In this document: positions 14,241 to 64,000 of the stretch, one piece after another
Layout of the letters: the number at the start of each line of letters is the position of its first letter
Numbering within the stretch: the stretch's first letter is position 1
The notes under the pieces: model-generated
The model's database searches: none
Told to the model about the DNA's origin: nothing
Seen by the model: only the letters and a program-made list of their open reading frames with translations
Assembly (NCBI GenBank): GCA_951406725.2
Contig: OX597824.1
Location: 67,704,001 to 67,768,000, forward strand
Reading direction: 5' to 3'
Length of the DNA: 64,000 bases
Origin: Octopus vulgaris
Lineage: Eukaryota
Made by a program: the position numbers and the translations under genes

Positions 14241-14330
14241 GTATAACTTAGAATAACTTAGAAAGGTTTTGGCCAGTATTGGCCCAGGCCATGTCTAACT
14301 TAATAGCACCACCTGGCGAAGTCTTTCACT

Positions 14331-15905
14331 TCAGGATTTGGGCACCAAGGCCCATTCGAGCAGAGAGTTATTGTTTGCGGAGACATATCCGGGTGTGGGT
14401 GGTTTGTCCGGTACTGTTTGAAGGAATTTGTCCAAAGACTTCTTGAATTTTGTGTGGTCAGTTTCTTTTTTGACGTGTCCTGGTGTAATGTTGAAGAGAG
14501 CGGGTCCAATTGAGGTGAAATAGTTGTGCCGTATTGTCGTTATGTGATGCGATTTAGATTTTTGTTGTGGACGGATGGCACGTGGTCCAAGCCTTGGATG
14601 CATTTTGAAGGTGATGCCAACATCATTCGGACAGTGCTGATGGAATATTTTCCACATCATACAGATAATGTAGCGTTCACGGCGTCGTTGGAGTGAATAC
14701 AATTTCAGCTTGTCTAGTCTACCCCAGTAGTCAAAGTCTGACATGCCATCTATCTTTTTTGTGATTGACCTTTGGGGAGCTTCAATTCTCATAATATTTT
14801 GTTTTGTGTAGGGAGACCACAGTGGACAGCAGTATTCAAGGTGGGGTCGGGCAAAAGTGGAGAAGAGAAGGATAATAGCGTGGGAATCTCTCGACTGGAA
14901 GGTTTTGAGAATCCAGGAACACATTCTGCGGGCCATGTCAACTTTGCTCCTTATGTGTGTAGCCCAGCTTATGTTGTTGTCCACTGTTACTCCCAGGTCT
15001 CTGATGTTGTTGGATGCCATGAGAATTTCTCCAGAAGGAAGAGAGTATGGGAGTTTCAGAGCGTCCTCCCTTCCAAAGTGGATCAGTTCGAATTTGTCTT
15101 CATTTAGCAACATGTTATTCTTTTCCGCCCATTGGACAACAGCCAGTAGGTCTGACTGAAGGTTTATTCGGTCATCCACGCCATTGATGACCTTCTGGAG
15201 CTTGGAATCATCAGCGAAGGTTCTGATGTTACTGTGTTTGATGGTGTCAGTAATATCATTTATGTAGATGATGAAGAGAAGTGGGCCCAACACAGTGCCT
15301 TGTGGGACACCACTGCTGACTTTGGCTGGGCTGGATTTGACTCCTTCGACTACAACATGTTGGGTTCTGTTAGACAGGAAGCACTTGGTCCACTGCAGCA
15401 GCTTTCCAGTGACACCAATATTGGACAGCTTTCTCAGAAGGATCTTATGATCAACCCTGTCAAAGGCCTTGCTGAAATCAAGGTAGATGACATCAGTGTT
15501 GGAACCTTCTCCCAAGGCTCTCAAAATGTCATCAAAATGATGCAGTAGCTGCGTCAGGCAATCTCTCCCGTTACGGAATCCATGCTGGTTGGGGTTCAGC
15601 ATATTATGACTCTCAAGGAAGTGAGTCATACGCGATCTCAGCACCCTCTCAAATACCTTGATGATATGAGAGGTGAGTGAGATTGGACGGTAATTCACGG
15701 CAAGCGATTTGTTTCCTTTTTTGAAAACTGGGACAACAGACTGGGATAGAAGGTCTTCTGGTATATATCCAGCATCCAATGAGTTCCACCACAGATTGGC
15801 TAGAGGGGGTGCAAGTTGGTTTTGACACATCTTCAAGACACAAGCAGGGAACCTATCGGGACCTACTGCTGAATTATGCTTCATTTCCTTTATTGCTGCT
15901 AACAC
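14331..15905 (-). CDS. LINE reverse transcriptase (ORF2 C-terminal half)
   Basis: 524-aa open frame with all non-LTR RT motifs. Confidence 0.9.
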   Translation of the reverse strand: MLAAIKEMKHNSAVGPDRFPACVLKMCQNQLAPPLANLWWNSLDAGYIPEDLLSQSVVPVFKKGNKSLAVNYRPISLTSHIIKVFERVLRSRMTHFLESHNMLNPNQHGFRNGRDCLTQLLHHFDDILRALGEGSNTDVIYLDFSKAFDRVDHKILLRKLSNIGVTGKLLQWTKCFLSNRTQHVVVEGVKSSPAKVSSGVPQGTVLGPLLFIIYINDITDTIKHSNIRTFADDSKLQKVINGVDDRINLQSDLLAVVQWAEKNNMLLNEDKFELIHFGREDALKLPYSLPSGEILMASNNIRDLGVTVDNNISWATHIRSKVDMARRMCSWILKTFQSRDSHAIILLFSTFARPHLEYCCPLWSPYTKQNIMRIEAPQRSITKKIDGMSDFDYWGRLDKLKLYSLQRRRERYIICMMWKIFHQHCPNDVGITFKMHPRLGPRAIRPQQKSKSHHITTIRHNYFTSIGPALFNITPGHVKKETDHTKFKKSLDKFLQTVPDKPPTPGYVSANNNSLLEWALVPKS

Positions 15906-15922
15906 ATCAGGAGCGCCAAATG

Positions 15923-18601
15923 TTATGTCGATAAAGTGTATTGGGGAGTAACATCACTGATACAGCCCAGATCAGTCATATCAGGATTGCTGAAAACAGA
16001 GCAATATTGTTTCTGCAATATCTCTCCCATGGTTTTGGCATTGTCTTGAAGAGTACCATTTTCATCAATCAGAGGGCCAACAGTAGAACCAGTGACTCTG
16101 TGTTCTTTTGCAAATGAAAAGAACACTTTGGGATTGAGTTTGATCTTCTCAATGGCCCAGGCCTCTTCAGCTCTTCGCTGACTATTGATGATAGACATCA
16201 TGTTGTTTTGGAGTTTATGTTTTTTAATCTCTAGCGACGAGATGGCAGTCAGGTTGGTGTGTTGCTGTTGACAGTATTTCAGCATGTTGATCTTTTTGTT
16301 GATTCTTTTAATTTTCCTTATGAGAGATTTTCTATTTCTAGGGATTCGACACTTAGATTTGTTTGCAGATCTTAATGGGGTGTGTCTTGCACATATGTTC
16401 GTGATGGTGTCTACAAGTGACTGCCAGGACTTTTTGATGTTAGTGGGTGTGTATGTGTGCGTGAAGGACCAATCTACTTGTGCAAGATCATTATTGATCG
16501 CTTCCCAGTTTGCATTGTGGAAATCCATAGTGTCAAATGGATGAACAGGAGGGATGACATTTGTTTTGCATTTTGGCCAGTGAAATCTCAGATCACAGAG
16601 AACCATGTCATGGTCGGAGAGTAGGGTTTTCTCCACTGCAATATTGTGGATAGTATCAGTGTGATTGCTGAAAATTAAGTCTAAGACGTTTTTGTGACAT
16701 CTCGTTGGTTCGAGTACCAGTTGGGACAAGAAGTCATCCATGAAGTCAAGAAGCGATTCCACTGCCTCCCTGTCAGGGGTTGAGAGAGAAGAACCTGGCG
16801 GCAGACTGTTTGTAGACCAGTCAACCCCGGGAAGGTTGAAGTCTCCCATCATTAAAATGTTGTCAGGTTGACACTGCTGAATGAAACACTTTATGCTGTT
16901 GAGGCATTCCTTGAAGCATGGTAGGGGCGTTTTGGGTGGTCTGTAGAGCCCAACTACTGTTAAGTTGTTGGTTTGACTGAATACAGCGACTGCTTCGCAG
17001 TATCCGTTGGAAAATATGCTCATGGCTTCTGTTGAGAATGAATCATGGACATAAATGGCAGTCCCACCCTTTCTTCTGCCAGCACGATCAGCACGAATGG
17101 TTTTGAAATTTTTAACTTTCACCTCGGCTTCCAAGTGGAGGTCACTAAGATGGGTTTCAGTGAGGACGAAGAAAGGGATGTGGTTTGGATGGGCCTCGAC
17201 CCAGCCCTCCAGGAATCTTATCTTCCATTTTTGTGTATTGGTGGAAGGGCTGATGCCTTGGGCATTAAGCAGAAATGTTGAGGCGAGAGTGGATGGTTTT
17301 AATTGTTTTGGTGATTTGTTTATTTGATTGCTTTTTAATGGCATGTGCAGTGGGGTAATAGTGGTGGATGGTGGTGGGTGATAGCTCGGATGTTTTTTTC
17401 CAGTTCTTTTGCTAGATTCATTATAGCTAAAAAAGAGGAAGAAGAGAGGTGGTTTCCTGTCTAGGGAACTGCAGGTGACTGTGGCCGCGGCTATTTTTAT
17501 GTGAGTGGTTATCTTTAAATGTCCGACGAGTCCCCGGGAGATGGATAAAGGGGCAATCCCTGTGCAAACACAATCTGTCTCGCTGGGAATAGCGGCAGAT
17601 TTGGGGATTCCTTGTTTGAGATATTGGTGGTTGTGGTGGTGTTGTATTATGGTGGTTGCTGTTGTAGTTTGTGGGGATAGAGCGTTTTGTTCCAGGTAAA
17701 TGGGTGAATTTGCAGTCTCTATCAGTGCACAGTCTATGGCGAAGAGAATATCGGCAAATGATGGGGTTTCGAGTGGGTGTGTAGGTGCGTGTGTGTGTGT
17801 GAGTTGTGAAAGGTGTAGATGATAGTTTGTTGAAGTTTTGGCGACCTTTGTGACCTGTAGGAGGTAAATTCCTTGAGATAGCATTAGTAATAATAGTTGT
17901 AGTAGTAGTAGTAGGTAGAAGAAATGTTGACAGTGGTAATGATTGAGGAGGTCGATTCCAAGACAAAGATGTTTGTCGATACATAGTGGGAGTAGTACTA
18001 GTAGTAGTAAGCAGAGGAGATGGTGTTGACAATGATGATGATTGAGCTGCTGGGGCAGTGAAAGGAAGGGGGTGGTGCTTCCAGCTGTGTGACCCTGATG
18101 ACTGGGGGGGTCAATCGTTTCGTTTAGCAAATCGGCCATTGTAGATGAATCAAGGAGTGGTTCATCCTGTTGTTGTTGCTGTACCTGTTGTTGTTGTTGC
18201 CGCTGAGTTTGTTGTTGAGGTTGTTGTTGTTGTTGCCGCTGAGGTTGTTGCTGCTGAAGTTGTTGTTGTTGCTGTAGCTGTTGTTGTTGTTGTTGCCGCT
18301 GAGTTTGTTGTTGTTGAGGTTGTTGTTGTTGTTGTTGCGCCGGTGATGCGTTCGAAGAGAAAACACATCTCAGTTTATCGAAGTGTTTATTTATTAATTT
18401 AAAAGCAACTTCGATTTGTTTTAATTTATTTTGTATCTGCTGTTCAGATCGAGTTTGCAAATGGTGAACTGTTCGTTTAGCAATTTCGTTCAGACACGAA
18501 GCACCTATGCTCTCTGTTTCGGTAAGGCCATGCCATGTGTTGATAAGAACGTCGACTTCATTATCAGACCAGTTTTTGTTGGATTTTTGGTGGCTAGCCA
18601 T
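15923..18601 (-). CDS. LINE ORF1 N-terminus (Myb/SANT-like plus polyQ) in frame with the APE endonuclease
   Basis: 892-aa ORF. It ends at a 1-nt frameshift (~15930) just before IDITFGAPDV, which runs into the RT. Confidence 0.75.
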   Translation of the reverse strand: MASHQKSNKNWSDNEVDVLINTWHGLTETESIGASCLNEIAKRTVHHLQTRSEQQIQNKLKQIEVAFKLINKHFDKLRCVFSSNASPAQQQQQQPQQQQTQRQQQQQQLQQQQQLQQQQPQRQQQQQPQQQTQRQQQQQVQQQQQDEPLLDSSTMADLLNETIDPPSHQGHTAGSTTPFLSLPQQLNHHHCQHHLLCLLLLVLLPLCIDKHLCLGIDLLNHYHCQHFFYLLLLLQLLLLMLSQGIYLLQVTKVAKTSTNYHLHLSQLTHTHAPTHPLETPSFADILFAIDCALIETANSPIYLEQNALSPQTTTATTIIQHHHNHQYLKQGIPKSAAIPSETDCVCTGIAPLSISRGLVGHLKITTHIKIAAATVTCSSLDRKPPLFFLFFSYNESSKRTGKKHPSYHPPPSTTITPLHMPLKSNQINKSPKQLKPSTLASTFLLNAQGISPSTNTQKWKIRFLEGWVEAHPNHIPFFVLTETHLSDLHLEAEVKVKNFKTIRADRAGRRKGGTAIYVHDSFSTEAMSIFSNGYCEAVAVFSQTNNLTVVGLYRPPKTPLPCFKECLNSIKCFIQQCQPDNILMMGDFNLPGVDWSTNSLPPGSSLSTPDREAVESLLDFMDDFLSQLVLEPTRCHKNVLDLIFSNHTDTIHNIAVEKTLLSDHDMVLCDLRFHWPKCKTNVIPPVHPFDTMDFHNANWEAINNDLAQVDWSFTHTYTPTNIKKSWQSLVDTITNICARHTPLRSANKSKCRIPRNRKSLIRKIKRINKKINMLKYCQQQHTNLTAISSLEIKKHKLQNNMMSIINSQRRAEEAWAIEKIKLNPKVFFSFAKEHRVTGSTVGPLIDENGTLQDNAKTMGEILQKQYCSVFSNPDMTDLGCISDVTPQYTLST
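17427..18032 (-). CDS. LINE ORF1 C-terminal part with two CCCH zinc fingers (alternative frame)
   Basis: CRYSLRHRLCTDRDCKFTH and CRYSQRDRLCLHRDCPFIH (C-x8-C-x4-C-x3-H), each followed by LPGT.R. Confidence 0.7.
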   Translation of the reverse strand: MSTPSPLLTTTSTTPTMYRQTSLSWNRPPQSLPLSTFLLPTTTTTTIITNAISRNLPPTGHKGRQNFNKLSSTPFTTHTHTRTYTPTRNPIICRYSLRHRLCTDRDCKFTHLPGTKRSIPTNYNSNHHNTTPPQPPISQTRNPQICRYSQRDRLCLHRDCPFIHLPGTRRTFKDNHSHKNSRGHSHLQFPRQETTSLLPLF

Positions 18602-19119
18602 TCTGGTTGATATGTTTTATTAAATTTATTTTGTTCGTTTGTTTTGTTGATTACTTTTAATTATTATTATTTTTTTTTTAAGGAGAAGTATGTAGAATTG
18701 ATTGTACAGAATGTTTGCTGTAATACTGAGAAGTTTGTATTTGAATTATGAGCTTGTAGTTATTTTATCTTTCTTTTCTTTTCTTTTTTTCCCTCTTTTT
18801 CTAATTTTTAATGTGTGGGTGATCCTTTAGTTATCAGAAGGTGTTTGAAAATATTTGGTCGTTTGAAAATTATGAAAATAGTTTGTGGTTAAGGAAAAGT
18901 CTACTCACGAGTTGGGAAAAAGCGTGGTTTCAAATATACAGGAATATATGTGATGGTCAATTACAACGAATGTAGCTGTGAAGCTTGCTGCTGACCGGCG
19001 CAGAGAGGAGTAAAAACACGTCTTATCGTCTCAGCTTTATCTATCTATATATGTATATATATGTATATATATATATATATATGTATATATATGTATATAT
19101 ATGTATATATATATGTATA

Positions 19120-20156
<1,037 letters not shown>

Positions 20157-20274
20157 TATACACACATACACACACACACACACACACACATACATATATA
20201 TCTTTATTTATTTATTTACTTATATTTATGTCTGTACATATCTTTATGTATCTGTATATACATATATGTATATG

Positions 20275-20342
<68 letters not shown>

Positions 20343-21046
20343 AGTGTATGTGTTTTTTCAATGTTTACAAATAACACAAAAATTAAATAGTTACCAGAGT
20401 AGCAAAAATTCACACAAGTATCAAGGATGTAAAAGCCTACTTATAAATGTAGAAATAATATAGATAAATAAATAAATGGAGTCAAACGCAGGTGTTATTC
20501 AAATCTTTTTAATTCCGAATATGTTTCGTAGAAAACATTGGTATTATTCCAGAAATAATAAAATGGTGTAAAACAATACAATCTTCTCATCAACGAAAGA
20601 AAGAAACCAAGCACATCAATAAGACATTTTAACAGAATGTGATCATTGCGTATATGATGAAGGGAAAGCTAGCAGTTTTTTTAAAAAACAAACCGTTAGT
20701 AGATATAACGTCAAACTTATTTTACGGAAAGAGAAAGAGGAGAAAGAAACAAATTAGCAGAAAACTAATATTGGAGATATACAGACCGATGGGTGAATAG
20801 GAATACAGCTTAAAGGCCTGGAAGTTGATACATTTAGTGGAAGTGAAATGTAAGAAGCTGGTCAAAGGTCGAATTTTATAGAAATTATAGGAACTAAAAG
20901 TATGTTTCTGCCAATGTTTGCAACAATAAACGTGTTCTATAAACGTGTTTACAAGAGGATTCTCTCAGAACAGGATGAAATACATTTTACTGTTACAAAG
21001 CGGACAATAAGATTTACCTTTATCATACGCAAAAGATGTCTGTCTG

Positions 21047-21141
<95 letters not shown>

Positions 21142-21143
<2 letters not shown>

Positions 21144-21457
21144 CTCGGACAAAATAATGGAAGCACCTAGCATCATAGAATAATTTTGAAATATCTATAA
21201 AACCGTCAAAAGCTTGTTTACTTTTATGTTTATTTTTATTTATTACTAGTGTTGCTTAATATATTTTGCTAAAATTGCTATTTCTTTTCAGATATCATCA
21301 GAAAAAGGTAATTAAAATTCCTTTAAACCATAGATCTATCGGACTTTCAAAGAGGTCGAATTGTTGGTGATCGTATGGCAGGCGCTGGCGTAACGAAAAC
21401 ACCCGAAATGTTTAATGTATTAATAAGTACTGTCTCGAAAGTAAAGACAGCCTTTGT
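21142..21457 (+). mobile_element. Tc1-like transposon 5' fragment
   Basis: DLSDFQRGRIVG..MAGAGVTKT..MFNV..STVSKV (Tc1 HTH). Confidence 0.7.
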
Positions 21458-21459
21458 AA

Positions 21460-22213
21460 TGTGAAGTTCGATTTTAACAATTATTTTTCAAAGCCATAAT
21501 GGAAATGACAAACGAGCATATTCTTTGCTTTATGAGTTCAATAAAGGCAACAATGCAACGGAAAGTGCGAGGAAAATTAATGCAGTATTTGGGGATCGAA
21601 CAAGCGTAAACCAGTGTTAACGGGGGTTCCAGAAATTCATAGTCTGAAATTACAGTCTAGAAGACGAGCTTCATCCTAGAAGATTTGTAGAGGTCGACGA
21701 TGACGTCTTGCAAACCCTGATGGAAAAAGCCCCATCGTAACTTTTGATGGGCTCGCAGAGAAGCTTGGATTTGGTCATTCAACTATTGATCAACACTAAA
21801 GCAACCATCTTTGGCTTCAAGACGAAAGGTGTTCTTCCATCAGGGTAATGGTTGGCCACATGCAGCACGGATGAAACTCCAAAGGCTGGAAGAGTTTGAA
21901 TAGGAAGCGATGCCCCACCCACCATATTCACCGGGCATTGCCTCATCTGATTATCATTTATTCCACACTCTTCAAAATCATTTGAACGGAAAAAATATGA
22001 AGTCTGTAGACGAGGTCGGCACAGTACTGTAAAAGATTTTTCGTCACAGACAAGTGAAATTTGGTAGATGGGAACAGCAAGTCTACCAGATAGGTTGAAG
22101 AGCATTGTAGGAAATGAAGGAGAGTATATTTCAGATTTAGAAAATAACTTTATCTTAGTTTTGAAAATTGAAAGAAGTAAAACAAACCGCAGTGTTTATG
22201 GGATGACCCAATA
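21460..22213 (+). mobile_element. Degenerate mariner transposon
   Basis: EFNKGNNATESARKIN, SLEDE..P and HPPYSPGIASSDYHLF; end tttatgggatgacccaaTA. Confidence 0.8.
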
Positions 22214-23426
22214 TATGTTACGTGAAGGATATTTTGATAACAAAATTGTTAATAATCTCATATGTATTTATTTATATATATGTGTGAGTGAGGGTGGGTA
22301 TAAAATTGTTAAAGCAAATATTATTTACGATAAAAATTTGCACAGTGAATTCAGAATAAAACCTCTCACTACTGTTCTGTCACTTTTAACGTAACTGACA
22401 GTCAATCACTCCCACTTCGTTTGTTGTTTTAGTTTCCCTCAAACAGTGTAACCGATAGGTTACGCATTGCTTTCCTGCATTTTTTCTCTGATATATTATA
22501 TTTCTCTGTTTCTGTCTCTACTTCTTTAGTTACTTTTCACTATCGGGGCGATAACGGGCTGACAAGTAGTTTTTAAAGATCTTTTGGCCATTTAATTTTA
22601 TATTTTAATTTTTATTTTCTTGATTTTGTATTTATGTTAGACATTTACTGCATACATTATCGCTACCGATTGAGTAAGTTTGAATGTTTTGTCTATTCAA
22701 GTGCACTTATTAACTACAGACTTCGTCACCTTACTGACGGATATGCATCTAATGTGTTGGTAGTCGTTCGTTTTCAAGCAGCCCAAGTTGAAGATTGTTT
22801 ATCTGGGTGGTTGCATAGAAAATGCTGGACTCTGAATAAGCAGGGTTTTTTTTCTGATATTAGTTTTCACGAAGGAATTGTAAATGATGGGTGAACCAAA
22901 CAGTTTTGCGGATAGCATTGCTAAATGCTTTTCCATCTTGGCTCAAATCGTTTAACTACGTCGTCTCCCTATTCTCTTTGAAGACTTTTGTGTGGGCCCT
23001 TCCGATCTAAGTAAAAGTGTAAATTATTTTTTTCATCTGAATCTGATAATTTACCAGGACTCTAAATTTCACGGTATTGTAAGCTCACTCACGTGGCAGA
23101 GTGATAAACATTCTAGATAAAGGAGAGAAATTCTCATATATCATTATATTAAAAATCTATTATGATTTGCCCTTCACCACCTAATCGCATAAGAAACTAA
23201 TTCCCAGCGTTTTTAGATATGATATGCAATATATAATATGATATAATATAATATAATATAATATAATATAATATAATATAATATAATATGATATAATATA
23301 ACGTAACATATGTACATATATATATGCAGACACTCATCACATCAACATATACTACGGATTTTGAATTTGTAATAAATGTAATCTTGCTAACTGAAACCGC
23401 AAGTTATTGAGATAATCATATTCTCT

Positions 23427-62345
<38,919 letters not shown>

Positions 62346-62419
62346 CTTATCTTCGTTTATGTAAATTCCACAGTGTATCTGTGCCTTTGCGTTTATATAT
62401 ATATATATGTATATATATG

Positions 62420-63720
62420 AGTGTGTGTTTCTTGAAATGAGTATTTGTATTTAGTTCTTGTTTGTGAGTAGCAGTCTTAAATTATATGTCCTTTCTGCAT
62501 GCTTGTAATGTTTTAAAGGATTTCAGGCAAATTAAAATGCAACAAGTTTCAAACTATTTATTGCTGCACGCATATGCTGTGGAATATAATTTTAGAATTA
62601 AGGAAGAGCCAACATGACCTAAATGCATACAAATATACGTGAACAATTATGCGACCATTTTTCTCGACACTTCTATTTGTTTTAGCTGTATGTATATTAG
62701 TATGTATATTAACTATAAACATGATCAAGTTATCAGTAATTGACCATGAAAAAATAAATAGAATTCCAGTATTATTCATAATCACAACCACCTTAATGCA
62801 AAGTATGTATATTAACTATAAACATGATTTTCGGGTTATATTTGACAGTTGCAATAAGTAGACTGTTTTAAAGAATGATTCTGGTCGCCTGAAAATGTTT
62901 GACTACAGGGCCTCGTTGAAGCGTAAACGGCCGATCTGACATCCAGGTCCCTTATCTATTGAATTAAACTCTTTTGTAAAAACAGCCATTCCATGCAATC
63001 TGGATCGAGTGAAAGATTTGTATACTTCCTAACCAGCCTGGAACAGAAATCAATCTTGGTCACTTGCTTGATAATATTGAATCAAGCATATAAAATTTGC
63101 TTCTAAAACGACATATCAAACTGAGAAGAAAGTGGGGTAGGACATACATGTTGCATTCTGCAAACAAGCTGTTGCCTTGTAGCTATGAAAGTGAAAAGAT
63201 TTCTTTCTCTAAGTTCGAATGCGATACTCTACAAACAGCAGATTCAGGGAGAAACTGTAGTTGCTACTTCAGTAGCCCGTTTCTCTCTTTCTCTCTTTCT
63301 CTATTTTATGTTCAGCTCCTATGTGACATTTACTCATTTACTCATAGCCCGTTTCTCTCTTTCTCTCTTTCTCTATTTTATGTTCAGCTCCTATGTGACA
63401 TTTACTCATAATAAATTATTATGAGTGGCTATGGCTTCTACCATATTGTGAGTTCCTATATGACATTTACTTCTATGTGTCACATCTGGGATGCTTACCA
63501 GGCATCATCAATCTCCACATTTTTCTCTGTTCCCACAACAGTGTACAACTTTGACATCCTTTTATCTTCTCTGAACGTTATCGCGACTTGCATATTCACT
63601 TATATCCAGTTTGATCCCGTATCCTTCTTTCTTATTTTGGTGCTCATCACCTGCCCATATTTTTCCGGAAAGATGACGACAAACTAAAGGCCAACATTAT
63701 TAAAAATATCTCATGTTCTA
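62420..63720 (-). promoter_or_regulatory. SLC22 upstream region (putative promoter / 5' UTR), present in four diverged copies in the window
   Basis: Immediately 5' of the ATG; homologous segments at 3255, 9050-11212 and 12535; contains a ~65-bp tandem duplication at 63273-63410. Function is inferred from position only. Confidence 0.45.
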
Positions 63721-63721
63721 A

Positions 63722-63885
63722 CAGAAGCGTTCGCACTGGGGGCGAAAATCTTAGTGGCATTTCGTCCGTTTTCACGTTCTGAATTCAAATTCCGCCGAGG
63801 TCGGCTTCGCCTTTCAATCTTTTGAGGTCGGTAAAATAAGTACCAGGTGAGTAGTGGGGTCGATGTAATAGACTTACCTCCTTCC
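63722..63885 (+). mobile_element. SINE family B fragment
   Basis: gttctgaattcaaattccgccgaggtcggcttcgcctttc... matches the 27447-28893 copies. Confidence 0.75.
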
Positions 63886-64000
63886 CCGAGGACAGTCTGT
63901 TGGAACAGACTGTCTATCTGATTATCCTCGAGACCCAGGGACTCCCCTAAGGTGTCGTTACATCCAGCCTCCTCCAAACCACTATAAAAAGATGTGGTTG

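Larger units (their letters stand above)
14247..19036 (-). mobile_element. Nearly full-length ~4.8-kb CR1/L2-group LINE inserted in (TA)n
   Basis: 5' end AGCTGAGACGATAAGACGTG; ORF1; APE endonuclease (LNAQG, TETHL, GGTAIY, YRPP, MGDFN, LDL, SDH); RT (YLDFSKAFD, GVPQG, FADD); 3' tail TTCTAAGTTA x2; (TA)n on both sides. Confidence 0.93.

Noticed and set aside
18124-18402. polyN / polyT / polyV ORFs
   Set aside because: Alternative frames of the LINE ORF1 CAA/CAG repeat.
20513-20596. Hammerhead-like TTGATGA...GAAACATATTC on the minus strand
   Set aside because: C3 is mutated and stems I and III are broken; counted only as a degenerate relic.

Overview
This is AT-rich, microsatellite-dense animal genomic DNA. 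The SINE families and repeat landscape suggest an octopus or other coleoid cephalopod (inference). One intact protein-coding gene can be rebuilt by hand: a 10-exon, 565-aa SLC22-family (OAT/OCT-like MFS) transporter on the minus strand (ATG 62345, stop 23427, all introns GT-AG, all phases compatible). The rest is transposon-derived. It includes a nearly intact ~4.8-kb CR1/L2-group LINE with an unusual ORF1 (Myb/SANT-like, polyQ, CCCH), R4/Dong, Tx1/L1 and CR1 fragments, two Chapaev3-like DNA transposon relics, Tc1/mariner and DD37D elements, Helitron-like elements, a MITE and several tRNA-derived SINEs. The most striking signal is invisible in the ORF track: at least 7 type-I hammerhead ribozyme motifs with complete cores, plus degenerate ones, lie in introns 3-4 of the transporter. 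They form (i) a non-coding 471-nt retrozyme-like unit bounded by two identical hammerheads and nested in a SINE, (ii) the two ends of a ~6.5-kb near-perfect palindrome, (iii) a 330-bp palindrome, and (iv) a Penelope GIY-YIG 3' end. Also present are a tRNA-Leu body with a CAU anticodon and 'ghost' remnants of deleted SLC22 paralogs. Most short ORFs in the track are microsatellite artefacts.
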